64,000 bases of DNA from Terriglobia bacterium. GTDB lineage: Bacteria > Acidobacteriota > Terriglobia > 2-12-FULL-54-10. Positions within the stretch are counted from its first letter, which is position 1. Every line of letters starts with the position of its first letter. Below, in pieces: positions 1 through 10,097 of this stretch. The translations under genes and the position numbers were made by a program. Under the pieces are notes generated by a model. That model was not told the DNA's origin, searched no databases, and worked only from the letters and a program-made list of their open reading frames with translations. The stretch covers positions 992,001-1,056,000 of the forward strand of contig CAXVYR010000004.1 of NCBI GenBank assembly GCA_963666975.2. Reading direction: 5' to 3'.

Positions 1-231
1 GGCCGTGACGCCTTCCTTGCCCTTCTTCGCCAAGTGGTTCAGATGAAAGTTGCACGGGGTCACTTCATTCCAACTGCTGGCCACCCCGACGTGCGGGCGC
101 GCAATCTGCTCGTCGGTGAAACCCATGGCGTGGAACATCGCGCGGTGGGGCGCGCGTTCCGGACCTTCGGTAACCTGCCAGCTCCGGTGCTTCATTTTAC
201 GGTCTGTCTTCACCTTGCGCGCTGTCTTCAT
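1..231 (-). CDS. ilvD: Dihydroxy-acid dehydratase, N-terminal part (runs off window start)
   Basis: Manual translation MKTARKVKTDRKMKHRSWQVTEGPERAPHRAMFHAMG...VGVASSWNEVTPCNFHL matches the IlvD N-terminal signature; GAGGTG RBS upstream of ATG 231; not in the ORF track. Confidence 0.9.
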   Translation of the reverse strand, partial: MKTARKVKTDRKMKHRSWQVTEGPERAPHRAMFHAMGFTDEQIARPHVGVASSWNEVTPCNFHLNHLAKKGKEGVTA

Positions 232-389
232 CTGGCACCTCAACTTTTTTGACCCTGAATGCGGCCCCGGCTGCGGTTCTCGGGGCTTTCTACCTTCGCT
301 ACTGCTTCCAGCGGAATAGGCGGCAGATTCAGGAACCAACTAGTATAACGCAGAACTTCGCGGGCCGGGCTTGCGGGCCGAGCCCCCGG

Positions 390-2498
390 CTAGCTTGCTG
401 TTGCTAACTGCCGGGCGAGCGCCTGGGGATCAGAGGTGGGCATTTGGCATGCATAGTTCCGGCAGACGTAGGCGGCAGGTTTGCCGTCAAGGAGTTGCTT
501 GTCCGTCAGCAGCGGGATGCGCGCAATACGTTCCGGCGCGTCCGGAGCGCCCGGGTCGAGCAGGGCCACGACCTTGTTGGGAAGAAAAGTGCCGGAAATC
601 GTTCGGAGCAATGCTTGAATCTTAGGGTCTTGAGATTCACCCACGATGGCGATCTCCCGGAAGCCTTCGTGGAAGGCTTCCATGCCGCAAAGCAAACGCT
701 CGTGCCCGAACGAGGACTGGGCAACGCTGGCGCTGAACAGGCTGAGGATTTCCGCGGCCTTGTCGCGAAGATCGTTTCGTCCCAGCAGGAGGTGGAGCCT
801 CAGAAGATTGGAGACCATCACGGAGTTGCCCGAGGGAATAGCGTTGTCATTCGCGAGCTTGCTGCGAACAATCAGCTTTTCGTGGTCGCCGGCGGTAAAA
901 AAGAAACCTCCTTGCTCCCGGTCCCAGTAATGCTCGATGGCGGTGTCGGTCAGCCGTTCGGCCTCCGCCAGCCAGCGAAGATCGCCGGTCGCTTCAAAAA
1001 GCCCTGTCAGCCCGTCGATGAAGAAAGCATAGTCGTCAATATAGGCCGTCAGGTTCGCAACACCTCCGCGATAGGAGCGCAGGAGCCGCCCGTCCTTTTG
1101 CATCCGCGCGAGGACGAAGTCAGCGGCGCGGGTCGCCGCATCGAGATAGTTCGGTTCCTCTAACACTGCCGCGCCTTTCACCAGGCTGGCGATCATCAAA
1201 CCGTTCCAGGCTGCGAGGATTTTGTCGTCGAGGCCGGGCCGGACCCGCTTTTGCCGGACCTCGAAGAGCTTGCTCCGGGCAGCGGCGAGCCTTTTTCTTA
1301 GCTCCTGCGGATCAATGGAATGCTGCCGGGCCACTGCTTCGAGCGGCTGAAGAATTCGCAAAATATTCTTCGGCCCCGACGGCACGTGCGCGTCGCCGGG
1401 ATGGTCCCAGTTGCCCTGCTCGGTGACGTCGTAGTAGGAGGCGAACAAGCGCGCCTCCTCTTTTCCCAAAGCCTCTTGCACTTGCTCCAGGGTCCAGATA
1501 TAAAACTTGCCCTCCATCCCTTCGCTGTCGGCGTCCTCGGTGGAGTAGATTCCGCCCTCTTCGCTTTGGAGGTACGAAGTCACGTATTCGAAGATGCCCC
1601 GGGCCGCTTCCGCAAAGAGTTTCTTTCCGCTCGCCAGGTAGCCATCCAGGTAGATGGCGCTCACCAGAGCCTGGTCGTAGAGCATCTTTTCAAAGTGCGG
1701 AACCAGCCACTGCGGGTCGGTGCTGTAGCGATGAATTCCGCCGCCCAGGTGGTCGTAGATGCCCCCGCTTGCCATTTTCTCCAAAGTGAGTTCCACGGCT
1801 TCGAGCATCTCCGGGCCTCCGCCGTTGCGGTGCTCCCGCAGCAGCAACTCCATCGACATGCTGGGAGGAAACTTATTGGTTCCGCTGCCGACGCCTCCAT
1901 GACGGGGATCGTAGGCATGGAGCATTTGCCGGGCAGCTTCGGAGACTGCTTTCCGCGAAAGCATCTCCCCTTTCGCGGTTTTGTGGAAGTTTCCAAGTAT
2001 CCCGACAACCTGGGTTGCGTCGTTTAGCAAATCCCCTGCCTTCTCCCGCCAGAGCCCGGCCAGCCGCTCCAGCACGGACTTGAATCCGGGCCGCCCGTAG
2101 TAGTCCTCGCGGGGGAAATAGGTTCCGGCGAAAAACGGCTTGCCGTCCGGCGTGAGCCAAACGCTCATGGGCCATCCGCCGTGCCCGCGCGTGTACAGGA
2201 CGGTAGCGTTCATATAAATCTCGTCCAGGTCGGGCCGCTCCTCCCGGTCCACTTTGATGGGGATGAAGTGCTCGTTCAGGAAACGAGCCACTTCCTCGTC
2301 CTCAAAGCTTTCGTGCTCCATCACGTGACACCAGTGGCAGGCGGCGTAACCGATGCTCAGAAAAATGGGCTTGTTCTCGCCGGCGGCCAGACGCAGCGCC
2401 TCCGGCCCCCAGGGATTCCAGTTCACTGGATTGTGCGCGTGCTGCAGCAGATAGGGGCTGGTCGCGTCGATGAGGCGGTTCGTGAATTTGTGTTCCAT
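390..2498 (-). CDS. Thioredoxin-domain protein, YyaL/SSP411 (DUF255) family
   Basis: [59 protein letters not shown] motifs. Confidence 0.93.
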   Translation of the reverse strand: MEHKFTNRLIDATSPYLLQHAHNPVNWNPWGPEALRLAAGENKPIFLSIGYAACHWCHVMEHESFEDEEVARFLNEHFIPIKVDREERPDLDEIYMNATVLYTRGHGGWPMSVWLTPDGKPFFAGTYFPREDYYGRPGFKSVLERLAGLWREKAGDLLNDATQVVGILGNFHKTAKGEMLSRKAVSEAARQMLHAYDPRHGGVGSGTNKFPPSMSMELLLREHRNGGGPEMLEAVELTLEKMASGGIYDHLGGGIHRYSTDPQWLVPHFEKMLYDQALVSAIYLDGYLASGKKLFAEAARGIFEYVTSYLQSEEGGIYSTEDADSEGMEGKFYIWTLEQVQEALGKEEARLFASYYDVTEQGNWDHPGDAHVPSGPKNILRILQPLEAVARQHSIDPQELRKRLAAARSKLFEVRQKRVRPGLDDKILAAWNGLMIASLVKGAAVLEEPNYLDAATRAADFVLARMQKDGRLLRSYRGGVANLTAYIDDYAFFIDGLTGLFEATGDLRWLAEAERLTDTAIEHYWDREQGGFFFTAGDHEKLIVRSKLANDNAIPSGNSVMVSNLLRLHLLLGRNDLRDKAAEILSLFSASVAQSSFGHERLLCGMEAFHEGFREIAIVGESQDPKIQALLRTISGTFLPNKVVALLDPGAPDAPERIARIPLLTDKQLLDGKPAAYVCRNYACQMPTSDPQALARQLATAS

Positions 2499-2630
2499 AG
2501 TAGCTGCTTATAACCTACACCGAATGGGTCCCTGCCGTGCAGCAGTTAAACTCTGCGGATTCGATTGACTCGATTTTGGGGGAAGACTAACATCTAAGCA
2601 CAATAACATTCTGAGGGAACAGCAAAGGCA

Positions 2631-3281
2631 ATGGATAGTCAAACATTTGTAAAAGAGTTGGAAGCCTCCAATCAGGTGCAGCTAGCAAAGCTTGCAGAGC
2701 TGGAACCTTCCGGCGGAGAAGCTCCTGATGTCGAAATCAAACAACTGCTCCAGATCGCCCTTGTCAATGAGATCAACGTCAGCGAGTTGGCGGCGGCCTG
2801 GGTGCCCTCCACCCCGGAGATGGACGTCAAGCTTGCCCTGGCCCAGCAAGTGGGTGATGAGGCGACCCACTTCAGCCTGGTGGAAGGCCGCATGCGCGCG
2901 CTGGGATTCTTGACCGACGGGTTCCAACCGCCGCCGGGCAATCCGCTGTTTGCTTACCTGAAGAGCTTGGCCACAACGGTGGAGAGAGTCGCAGGCGACC
3001 TGTTTACATTGGAGTCCATTGCTTATCAGGTGAATGAGCAGTTCATGAAATATTGCGAGCGGCTGGGCGAGAACGAAACCGTAAAGCTTTATCAGACACG
3101 GATTCAACCCGACGAATTGCACCACCACCATTTGGGCAAGGCGCTGCTTGAGAAATATGCCGTCACCCCGGAAGCCCAGCAACGGGCGCGGCAGGCCGCT
3201 GCGAAGACTTTGGCGATTGCGCTCGAAACCCGCCTCCTGATGACTCAGAAGCTGGGGACGGCCTGTTTTCCAGGTTGTTAA
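2631..3281 (+). CDS. Ferritin-like diiron protein
   Basis: Paired E...DExxH motifs (NEINVSE..GDEATH; LESIA..PDELHH); ends in ACFPGC. Confidence 0.8.
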   Translation: MDSQTFVKELEASNQVQLAKLAELEPSGGEAPDVEIKQLLQIALVNEINVSELAAAWVPSTPEMDVKLALAQQVGDEATHFSLVEGRMRALGFLTDGFQPPPGNPLFAYLKSLATTVERVAGDLFTLESIAYQVNEQFMKYCERLGENETVKLYQTRIQPDELHHHHLGKALLEKYAVTPEAQQRARQAAAKTLAIALETRLLMTQKLGTACFPGC

Positions 3282-3300
3282 TCTCATACGACAGCCCTCC

Positions 3301-4866
3301 ATGCCCGGCCTTGATATGCACAATCGGGATTTAGACGCCCTCTGGAACTATCACAACACCACCAAGCATTCCTACCAGAGTGTCAGAACCAATGCGCACT
3401 ACCTGGACTGGGCCAACTATCCTTTTCCTTTTAAGATTTATTCGGACCTCGATCCGATTCCCTTGCCGCGGGAGTGGGCGGGTTCGGACGCCGATGCCTT
3501 CTCCGTGGTCGCCTCACCGGGAACGACCACAACAGAGGCCGTGCCGGATTTGAAGACGCTGGCCGCGATTCTGTTTCATTCCGCCGGTGTCACACGGCAC
3601 AGGACTTTCCCGGGAGGAGACCTCTATTTCCGCGCGGCGGCCTGCACGGGCGCTCTCTACGAGGTGGAGCTGTATCTGGTCTGCGGCCGCCTTCCAGAAC
3701 TAGGCGCGGGCGTCTATCACTTCAATCCCGGTGATTTTGCTCTTCGCAAGCTGCGGGACGGCGATTATCGCAGCGTCCTCGCAACCGCTTCCGGAAATGA
3801 AACGTCCATCGCCAGCGCGCCGGTAACGATTGTTTGCACGGGGATTTACTGGCGCAACGCATGGAAATACCAGGCGCGGACATACCGCCATTTTTTCTGG
3901 GACAACGGAACCATGCTGGCCAATCTGCTGGCCATGGCTGCTGCCTTGCGGATGCCGTCACGTATCGTAATGGGTTTTGTGGACACAGAAGTCAACCGCC
4001 TTCTGGACCTCGACACCCACCGCGAGGTGTCGATCTCGCTGGTAGCGCTGGGAACAAGTTCTGCGCCGCTGCCGGAAGCTCCAGCGGAGATCGCCCCGCT
4101 GGCTTTGAAGACGGTTACGCCGTCCAAACAAGAGATTGACTACCCGCTGATGCGAAGCGTCCATGCGGCGACCTCGCTCGAAAGCGCGGAACAGGTGAAG
4201 GCATGGCAGGGCCAAACTCCTGCGGCACGGCCCGCTGCATCGGGTGCGCGGACAGTGCTTCTGGAGCCTCTCCCGGACGAGCGGCTGCCCCACCCCAACA
4301 TCGAGCAGGTGATCCTGCGCCGGGGCTCCACGCGACAGTTTGCCCGCCTGCCGATTCGCTTCGATCAGCTTTCCACACTGTTGACCCGAACAACGCGCGG
4401 GGTTCCCGCAGATTTTCTGGACCCGGCAGGATCGAGGCTCAACGACCTGTACCTGATCGTGAATGCGGTGGAAGGCCTTCCGTCCGGGGCTTACTTCCTC
4501 CACCGTGACGCATGGAAGCTGGAGCTTCTGAAAGAGGGCGATTTCCGGGAGCAGGCGGGCCGCCTGGGCTTGGAGCAGCAGTTGCCCGCCGATGCCAGCG
4601 TTGCTGTTTTCTTTCTGGCCGACTTAAAGTCCACACTGGAGCGGTTTGGAAACCGTGGATATCGCGCGGCGCAGATCGAGGCCGGCATCCTGGGAGGAAA
4701 GCTCTACCTCGCCGCCTACGCGCAGAAGCTGGGCGCAACGGGCCTGACTTTTTTTGATGACGAAGTGACGGAGTTTTTCTCGCCGCACGCCTCCGGCAAA
4801 AGCGCGATCTTCCTGACGGCGATCGGTGTCTCGGCCAGAAATCCGCTCCGGCAGGTCAGCCCTTGA
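3301..4866 (+). CDS. SagB/ThcOx-type tandem nitroreductase-fold FMN dehydrogenase
   Basis: YHNTTKHS, RAAACTGALYEVELY, RNAWKYQARTYRH; second domain RRGSTRQF...GNRGYRAAQIEAG...GATGLTFFDD; start may be ATG 3316. Confidence 0.85.
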   Translation: MPGLDMHNRDLDALWNYHNTTKHSYQSVRTNAHYLDWANYPFPFKIYSDLDPIPLPREWAGSDADAFSVVASPGTTTTEAVPDLKTLAAILFHSAGVTRHRTFPGGDLYFRAAACTGALYEVELYLVCGRLPELGAGVYHFNPGDFALRKLRDGDYRSVLATASGNETSIASAPVTIVCTGIYWRNAWKYQARTYRHFFWDNGTMLANLLAMAAALRMPSRIVMGFVDTEVNRLLDLDTHREVSISLVALGTSSAPLPEAPAEIAPLALKTVTPSKQEIDYPLMRSVHAATSLESAEQVKAWQGQTPAARPAASGARTVLLEPLPDERLPHPNIEQVILRRGSTRQFARLPIRFDQLSTLLTRTTRGVPADFLDPAGSRLNDLYLIVNAVEGLPSGAYFLHRDAWKLELLKEGDFREQAGRLGLEQQLPADASVAVFFLADLKSTLERFGNRGYRAAQIEAGILGGKLYLAAYAQKLGATGLTFFDDEVTEFFSPHASGKSAIFLTAIGVSARNPLRQVSP

Positions 4867-5109
4867 AAGCGGCAACGGAAGGCGGCAACTTCCCGCAATC
4901 ACACGGATGACCTGCCCGGCAACATCCTCGCACAATTGAAAAGCTGATTCCAATGCACAGCCCTTTGACAACCCATTGACAACCGAGTTGCGGCTGGATT
5001 AGGGTGTTGTTAAATCGCTTGACGGTGGGAAAGAATCCAGGCGCGGAGCGCCCGGTTGGATTTGCACCCGGCTGCTGCGAGATATCTGTTAGGAGGCTCG
5101 GGAGAATTT

Positions 5110-5862
5110 ATGGTGAAGAAGCTGGTGCTTGCTTCCTTACTAATCATATTTTCCCTGACCCTCTCGCTGGGGAACCAACGCCAACGACAACGCGGTTATT
5201 CTCTTCCCGAGGAGCCGAAAGACACGGAATTCATCTTCGCCCGTGTTTGGTTTTCCAGTGGCCGCGGGTTTAGCAACTTCAGCAGGCGAGCCGGCTGGGC
5301 CCACGATTATCCGGACGCCGAGGAGCACATCCTGCAAGTCGCCAATGAAGCCACCGGGATTAACTTGCACAAGATGTCCTATGTCATAGTGCGGCTGGAC
5401 AACGAGGATTTGTTCCGTTACCCCTTCTCGTACATGAGCGAGGTGGGCGAGATGAATATGTCCGAGCGCGAGGTGGAGGTCCTGCGCGAGTACCTGAACC
5501 GGGGCGGGTTTGTCATGGTGGACGATTTCGACAGCCAGTATTCCCTGGACTGGTTCGCCTCACAGATGAAAATGGTTTTTCCAGGGCGTGATTTTGTAGA
5601 GCTGACCGTAGAGCACCCCATATTCCACACTTTCTATGAGATGCCCACGTTGGATGTCGAGTCTCCTTATCAGTACAGGGCAGGTCCTCCTAAATTTTAC
5701 GGGTATTTCGATGACAACGGGCGGCTCTGCATGATCATTAACCACAACAACGACATCGGCGACTTCTGGGAGTGGATCGATCAGCCGCGTTATCCGCTGG
5801 AACCCTCCACCGAAGCGCTTCGGTTCGGCATCAATTACTTCATCTATTCGCTCACACACTAG
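5110..5862 (+). CDS. DUF4159 family exported protein
   Basis: Signal peptide; WAHDYPDAE, LREYLNRGGFVMVDDF, HPIFHTFY, NNDIGDFWE, FGINYFIYSLTH. Confidence 0.85.
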   Translation: MVKKLVLASLLIIFSLTLSLGNQRQRQRGYSLPEEPKDTEFIFARVWFSSGRGFSNFSRRAGWAHDYPDAEEHILQVANEATGINLHKMSYVIVRLDNEDLFRYPFSYMSEVGEMNMSEREVEVLREYLNRGGFVMVDDFDSQYSLDWFASQMKMVFPGRDFVELTVEHPIFHTFYEMPTLDVESPYQYRAGPPKFYGYFDDNGRLCMIINHNNDIGDFWEWIDQPRYPLEPSTEALRFGINYFIYSLTH

Positions 5863-6109
5863 ACATTTATTTTACTCACACATTAAACTCTGCCAGCATA
5901 GCATTGAGCCGCGTTACCTGCCGCAACCGCCGTCACAGCCGAAAGTCCGCGATAAATGATAGCTGCTCGTGTACCTTGCAGGGCAAGCGACACTTCCGGA
6001 AAAAGAGGCTTGGCGGAAGGAGCAGGTCCCGGTAGAATTTAACGACAAGGAATATGGCCGGCATGAAGAAGGAAAAGGTCAAGGATCGCGCCTCTTGGGA
6101 TTGTTAAGG

Positions 6110-6643
6110 ATGCGTATGGTTCATATGCGGACGCTGATATTTGTTTTTCTGTGTTTTTCCCTGCTGGGGGCGGCTAGCCTCCCCGCCGGAAAGCTGCCGG
6201 GCGGTCACTGGGAGCTGCTGACCGTGGCCTATCCTCCCGACCGCGACGTTTTGGTCGCGCTCGGCGGCACGGAAAAAACCTTGACCACGAAGGGAATCTG
6301 CAAGGTGAAATGGCAGAATGGGTCCGCTTCCCTGGAGATCAAAGTGAAAGACCTGCCCGCTGCCAGCGAGATCAACTGGGCCGGACGGCGATATGTCCTT
6401 TGGGCGATCGACTCGGAGAAACGCAGCGTAAATCTAGGCCTCGTTCCCTTGAATGGGAAGGACGCAAAATGGAAAGTTCAGGCTCCCTTTCGGGTGTTCG
6501 GACTGCTGGTGACTGCTGAACAGAATCCCAGCGCGGAGGCCCCGAGCGGAGCCGTCGTCATGGAAAGCCTCCTGCCCACGGACCCGAGCCTGGTGGTTCC
6601 CGTTTTTCGCGTGGACGTGGCGCTCGTTCCCGCCCAAAGTTAG
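6110..6643 (+). CDS. Hypothetical exported protein
   Basis: Hydrophobic N-terminal signal; YVLWAI...NLG...FGLLVTAE pattern reminiscent of anti-sigma RskA C-terminal domains; start uncertain. Confidence 0.6.
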   Translation: MRMVHMRTLIFVFLCFSLLGAASLPAGKLPGGHWELLTVAYPPDRDVLVALGGTEKTLTTKGICKVKWQNGSASLEIKVKDLPAASEINWAGRRYVLWAIDSEKRSVNLGLVPLNGKDAKWKVQAPFRVFGLLVTAEQNPSAEAPSGAVVMESLLPTDPSLVVPVFRVDVALVPAQS

Positions 6644-6673
6644 GGCCTCCACCCGATTGATTTACCCTCCCCC

Positions 6674-7492
6674 TTAAACCGATGTCTCGATCCACTTCGC
6701 AGCCGCTTGGTCCGTCCACCAAGTAACGGCGCCTTGAATCGGCTGCACTGCCGCTGCCGGGCAACGCTTCCAGTCGTCAGATGCATCCGTCTTGCCAGCC
6801 AGCGCCTGCCGCAGCGCGCCGAACTTTTCATCACCCGCTACCAGGAAATAAAGCTGTGCAGCATGGTTGAGCACGGGCAGGGTGAGCGTCAGCCGTTGCC
6901 TCGGCTCCACCGGCGCACGGGAAGCCGCCACCCATCGCTCTTGCTCATCTAAGACCGGCGTATCCGGAAACAAGGAAGCGGTGTGCCCATCCGGCCCCAT
7001 GCCCAGCAGCACAAGGTCGAACCGCGGCCAGGCAGCAGGAAAATGCTTCCGCAAAAAGTTCTCATAGACCGTTGCCGACTTCTCTGCTTCGGGGAATTCG
7101 GTGGGCATCGGATGCAGATTTGCTTCCGGAATCGGCACATGGTCGAGCAGAGTCTCGCGGGCCATGCGATAGTTGCTGCGCGGGTCCGACGGAGGAACGT
7201 AGCGCTCATCCCCCCAGAAGAGGTGAACCTGCGCCCACGAAACCTGTTCACGATACTCCGACGCCAGCAACCGGTACAGAGCGTCCGGTGTGCTGCCGCC
7301 TGCCAGGACGAGGGAAAAAGAGGGTTGCGTTGCGAGGGTGGTTTTGATCCGGCCAACCAAGCTGCGAACTGCTGCCTGGCTGAGCGTCTTCACGTCCGGG
7401 AAAATGCGCAGGTCGCGAGGGCCGGAGTCTGCCTTGGAGTTGACATCGGATATCCAGGAGGTTTTTCTGGGGGATTTCATAGCGGAAACCAT
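6674..7492 (-). CDS. pgl: 6-phosphogluconolactonase
   Basis: [34 protein letters not shown]. Confidence 0.95.
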   Translation of the reverse strand: MVSAMKSPRKTSWISDVNSKADSGPRDLRIFPDVKTLSQAAVRSLVGRIKTTLATQPSFSLVLAGGSTPDALYRLLASEYREQVSWAQVHLFWGDERYVPPSDPRSNYRMARETLLDHVPIPEANLHPMPTEFPEAEKSATVYENFLRKHFPAAWPRFDLVLLGMGPDGHTASLFPDTPVLDEQERWVAASRAPVEPRQRLTLTLPVLNHAAQLYFLVAGDEKFGALRQALAGKTDASDDWKRCPAAAVQPIQGAVTWWTDQAAAKWIETSV

Positions 7493-8937
7493 TCATGGCC
7501 GTCTTTCTCGAGCAGACCATCTGCCGCAGGCGGCCCCCAGGTTCCGGCTTCGTAGGAGTGCGGCTGTTGGGACGCTTCCAGATATGGACGATACAGTCCC
7601 CATGCCGCTTCCACCTCATCGGAGCGCACAAACAAGGTCTGGTCTCCCATCAGGATATCCCGCAACAGGGTTTCATAGGCATCCGGGAGCTTGGCAAACA
7701 CGTCCCCGTAGTGGAAATCCAGCGAATGCCTTTGCAGCGTGATTGTCTGGCCGGGGGCCTTCACCTCAAAGTAGAGATCAAACCCCTCCTCGGGCTGGAT
7801 GGTGATGACCAGGACGTTCGAGTGGATCAAGTGGGCATCGGTCGACTGGAAGATCGATACCGGAGGACAGCGGAAAGTGACGACAATCTGAGTCAACCGG
7901 CGAGGCATGCGTTTCCCGGTGCGCAGATAGAAGGGAACCCCTTGCCAGCGCCAGTTTGAGACGCTGAGCTTCAGAGCAGCAAAAGTTGGGACCGGGGTGT
8001 CCGGCGCCACGCGGGATTCCTGCCGGTAGCCGGGCACATGCTTGCCATCGACCTGCCCCTGGGTGTACTGGCCAAACACGGCATCCTCCGGACCTAAGGG
8101 AAGGACCGAATTCAGCACTTTCACCTTCTCGTTGCGGATGGCGTCGGCCTGGAAGGTTCCGGGAACCTCCATGGCGACCAGCGTCAGCAATTGGGTGAGG
8201 TGATTCTGCACCATGTCTCGCAAGACACCGGACTGTTCGTAGTACCCGCCCCGGTCCTCAATCCCCAGGTCCTCTGCCACGGTGATCTGGACGTTCTCGA
8301 CGCGGTCACGATTCCAAAGGGTCTCAAAGATGGGATTAGCAAACCGGAAAACCAACAGGTTTTGCACCGTCTCCTTCCCCAAATAGTGGTCAATCCGATA
8401 GACCTGCGACTCGGTGAAGCGCTCATGGACCAGGAGGTTCAGTTCCTGCGCCGAGGAGAGATCGTGGCCGAACGGTTTTTCAACGATCAGCCGCGTCCAG
8501 CCGGCGCTGTGGTTCAACCCGGCCCCTCCGAATCCATGGATGATCGACGGCAAGGCGGCGGGAGGCAGGGCCAGGTAAAACACGCGGTTGCCGGGCAGGT
8601 TGTGTTTCTGCTCCAGCTCCGCGATGCGTGCCGCCAATGTCCGGTACTCTTCCGTCCCGCCCTTGCCGATGGTCTGGTAGTAGAGGCACTTGTCGCACCA
8701 ACTGGGCACCCGTTCTTTTGCAGGCAGTCCAGCCTCTCCGAGCGCTTCGCGCGCCTGGGTTCTGAAACTGGCGTCGTTCAGTTCTGCATTCCGGGCGCAG
8801 CCGAGGATCAGGCTTTTCTCGTGGAACAGCCCTTGGGTGGCGAGGCGGTAGAGTGCCGGGAGAAGCTTGCGGTGCATGAGGTCGCCCGTCCCCCCCAGCA
8901 CGACGAAAATGTGAGGTTCCGCATTCGTTTCAGACAT
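7477..8937 (-). CDS. zwf: Glucose-6-phosphate dehydrogenase
   Basis: [41 protein letters not shown]. Confidence 0.97.
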   Translation of the reverse strand: MSETNAEPHIFVVLGGTGDLMHRKLLPALYRLATQGLFHEKSLILGCARNAELNDASFRTQAREALGEAGLPAKERVPSWCDKCLYYQTIGKGGTEEYRTLAARIAELEQKHNLPGNRVFYLALPPAALPSIIHGFGGAGLNHSAGWTRLIVEKPFGHDLSSAQELNLLVHERFTESQVYRIDHYLGKETVQNLLVFRFANPIFETLWNRDRVENVQITVAEDLGIEDRGGYYEQSGVLRDMVQNHLTQLLTLVAMEVPGTFQADAIRNEKVKVLNSVLPLGPEDAVFGQYTQGQVDGKHVPGYRQESRVAPDTPVPTFAALKLSVSNWRWQGVPFYLRTGKRMPRRLTQIVVTFRCPPVSIFQSTDAHLIHSNVLVITIQPEEGFDLYFEVKAPGQTITLQRHSLDFHYGDVFAKLPDAYETLLRDILMGDQTLFVRSDEVEAAWGLYRPYLEASQQPHSYEAGTWGPPAADGLLEKDGHEWFPL

Positions 8938-8939
8938 AA

Positions 8940-9860
8940 CTACTCCTTCTCCTTTTCCTTCCGCTTGACCCCGTGGCCGCCGAACTGATCTCGCATCACG
9001 GCCAGGAGCTTGTCGGCGTAAGAGTCTTGGTCGCGGGAGCGCAAGCGCGCCAGCAACGACAATGTGATCACAGGCGCCGGAACGTTCTGGTCAATCGCCT
9101 CCGCCACCGTCCATCGCCCCTCGCCCGAATCGGACACGTAGGGTTTAATGCCATCGAGACCCGGATTTTCCGACAACGCATCAGCGGTGAGGTCCAGGAG
9201 CCAGGAACGAACCACGCTGCCGTGGCGCCATATCTCGGCTACCTGATGGAGGTCCAGACTGAATTGCGCCTTGCTCTGCATCAGGGCAAATCCCTCTGCG
9301 TAGGCCTGCATCATGCCGTACTCAATGCCGTTGTGTATCATCTTGGTGAAGTGACCCGCGCCGCTTGGCCCTACGTATCCCCAGCCTTTGTCGGGAGCGG
9401 GGGCCAGCGTTTCAAAGACCGGGCGGAGCCGCTCGACGAACTCTTTCTCTCCTCCGATCATCAAGCTGTAGCCTTCGGCCAGACCCCAGACGCCGCCGCT
9501 CGTGCCCACATCGACGAAACCGAACCCCTGCTCTTTTAGCTCCATGGCGCGGCGCATGGTCTCCTTGTAGTTGGAGTTTCCGCCGTCCACTATCACATCA
9601 CCCGCGCTCAGGTGGGGCACAAGCGCCTGGATCGTCTGATCCACAGGGTCGCCCGCCGGGACCATCATCCACACGGCGCGCGGGGAAGTAAGCTGTTGGG
9701 CGAGCTTTTCCGGGGAATCGGCCCCAACCGCGCCTTTCTCTTGTATACGGCGAACCGCAGCCGCATCCCGGTCATGGCCCGTCATCCGGTGTCCGCCACG
9801 CAAAAGCCGCTCCACCATGTTGGCGCCCATGCGCCCCAGTCCGATCATGCCTAGTTCCAT
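8940..9860 (-). CDS. gnd: 6-phosphogluconate dehydrogenase (decarboxylating, short type)
   Basis: [39 protein letters not shown]; start ATG 9860 after AGGAAG RBS. Confidence 0.95.
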   Translation of the reverse strand: MELGMIGLGRMGANMVERLLRGGHRMTGHDRDAAAVRRIQEKGAVGADSPEKLAQQLTSPRAVWMMVPAGDPVDQTIQALVPHLSAGDVIVDGGNSNYKETMRRAMELKEQGFGFVDVGTSGGVWGLAEGYSLMIGGEKEFVERLRPVFETLAPAPDKGWGYVGPSGAGHFTKMIHNGIEYGMMQAYAEGFALMQSKAQFSLDLHQVAEIWRHGSVVRSWLLDLTADALSENPGLDGIKPYVSDSGEGRWTVAEAIDQNVPAPVITLSLLARLRSRDQDSYADKLLAVMRDQFGGHGVKRKEKEKE

Positions 9861-9876
9861 GCTGCTCTTCCTTTCT

Positions 9877-9967
9877 TGTGCTCTCTGCACATATCGGCAC
9901 GGCAACCCATGTTTCAATAATCAATCGACTAGGATTTTCACATAGTTCGCGTTTTTCCGACAGACAT
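9877..9967. repeat. 91-bp direct repeat, copy 1 (upstream of gnd)
   Basis: Ungapped match to 12768-12858, 11 mismatches by manual alignment. Confidence 0.9.
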
Positions 9968-10097
9968 ATAACCCGAGATTTACTCGATAGGGCGCGCTTG
10001 AAAGTCACCGCACACGTGAGAAGGATTGTTCAGTCCCCCCAAAGGGAAATGGTTTGCCTTGAAAGTTGATGAACTGTAATTGGTCGCGTAAAAGGAT

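Noticed and set aside
2631-4866. Azole-containing RiPP cluster
   Set aside because: No YcaO, precursor peptide, protease or transporter nearby
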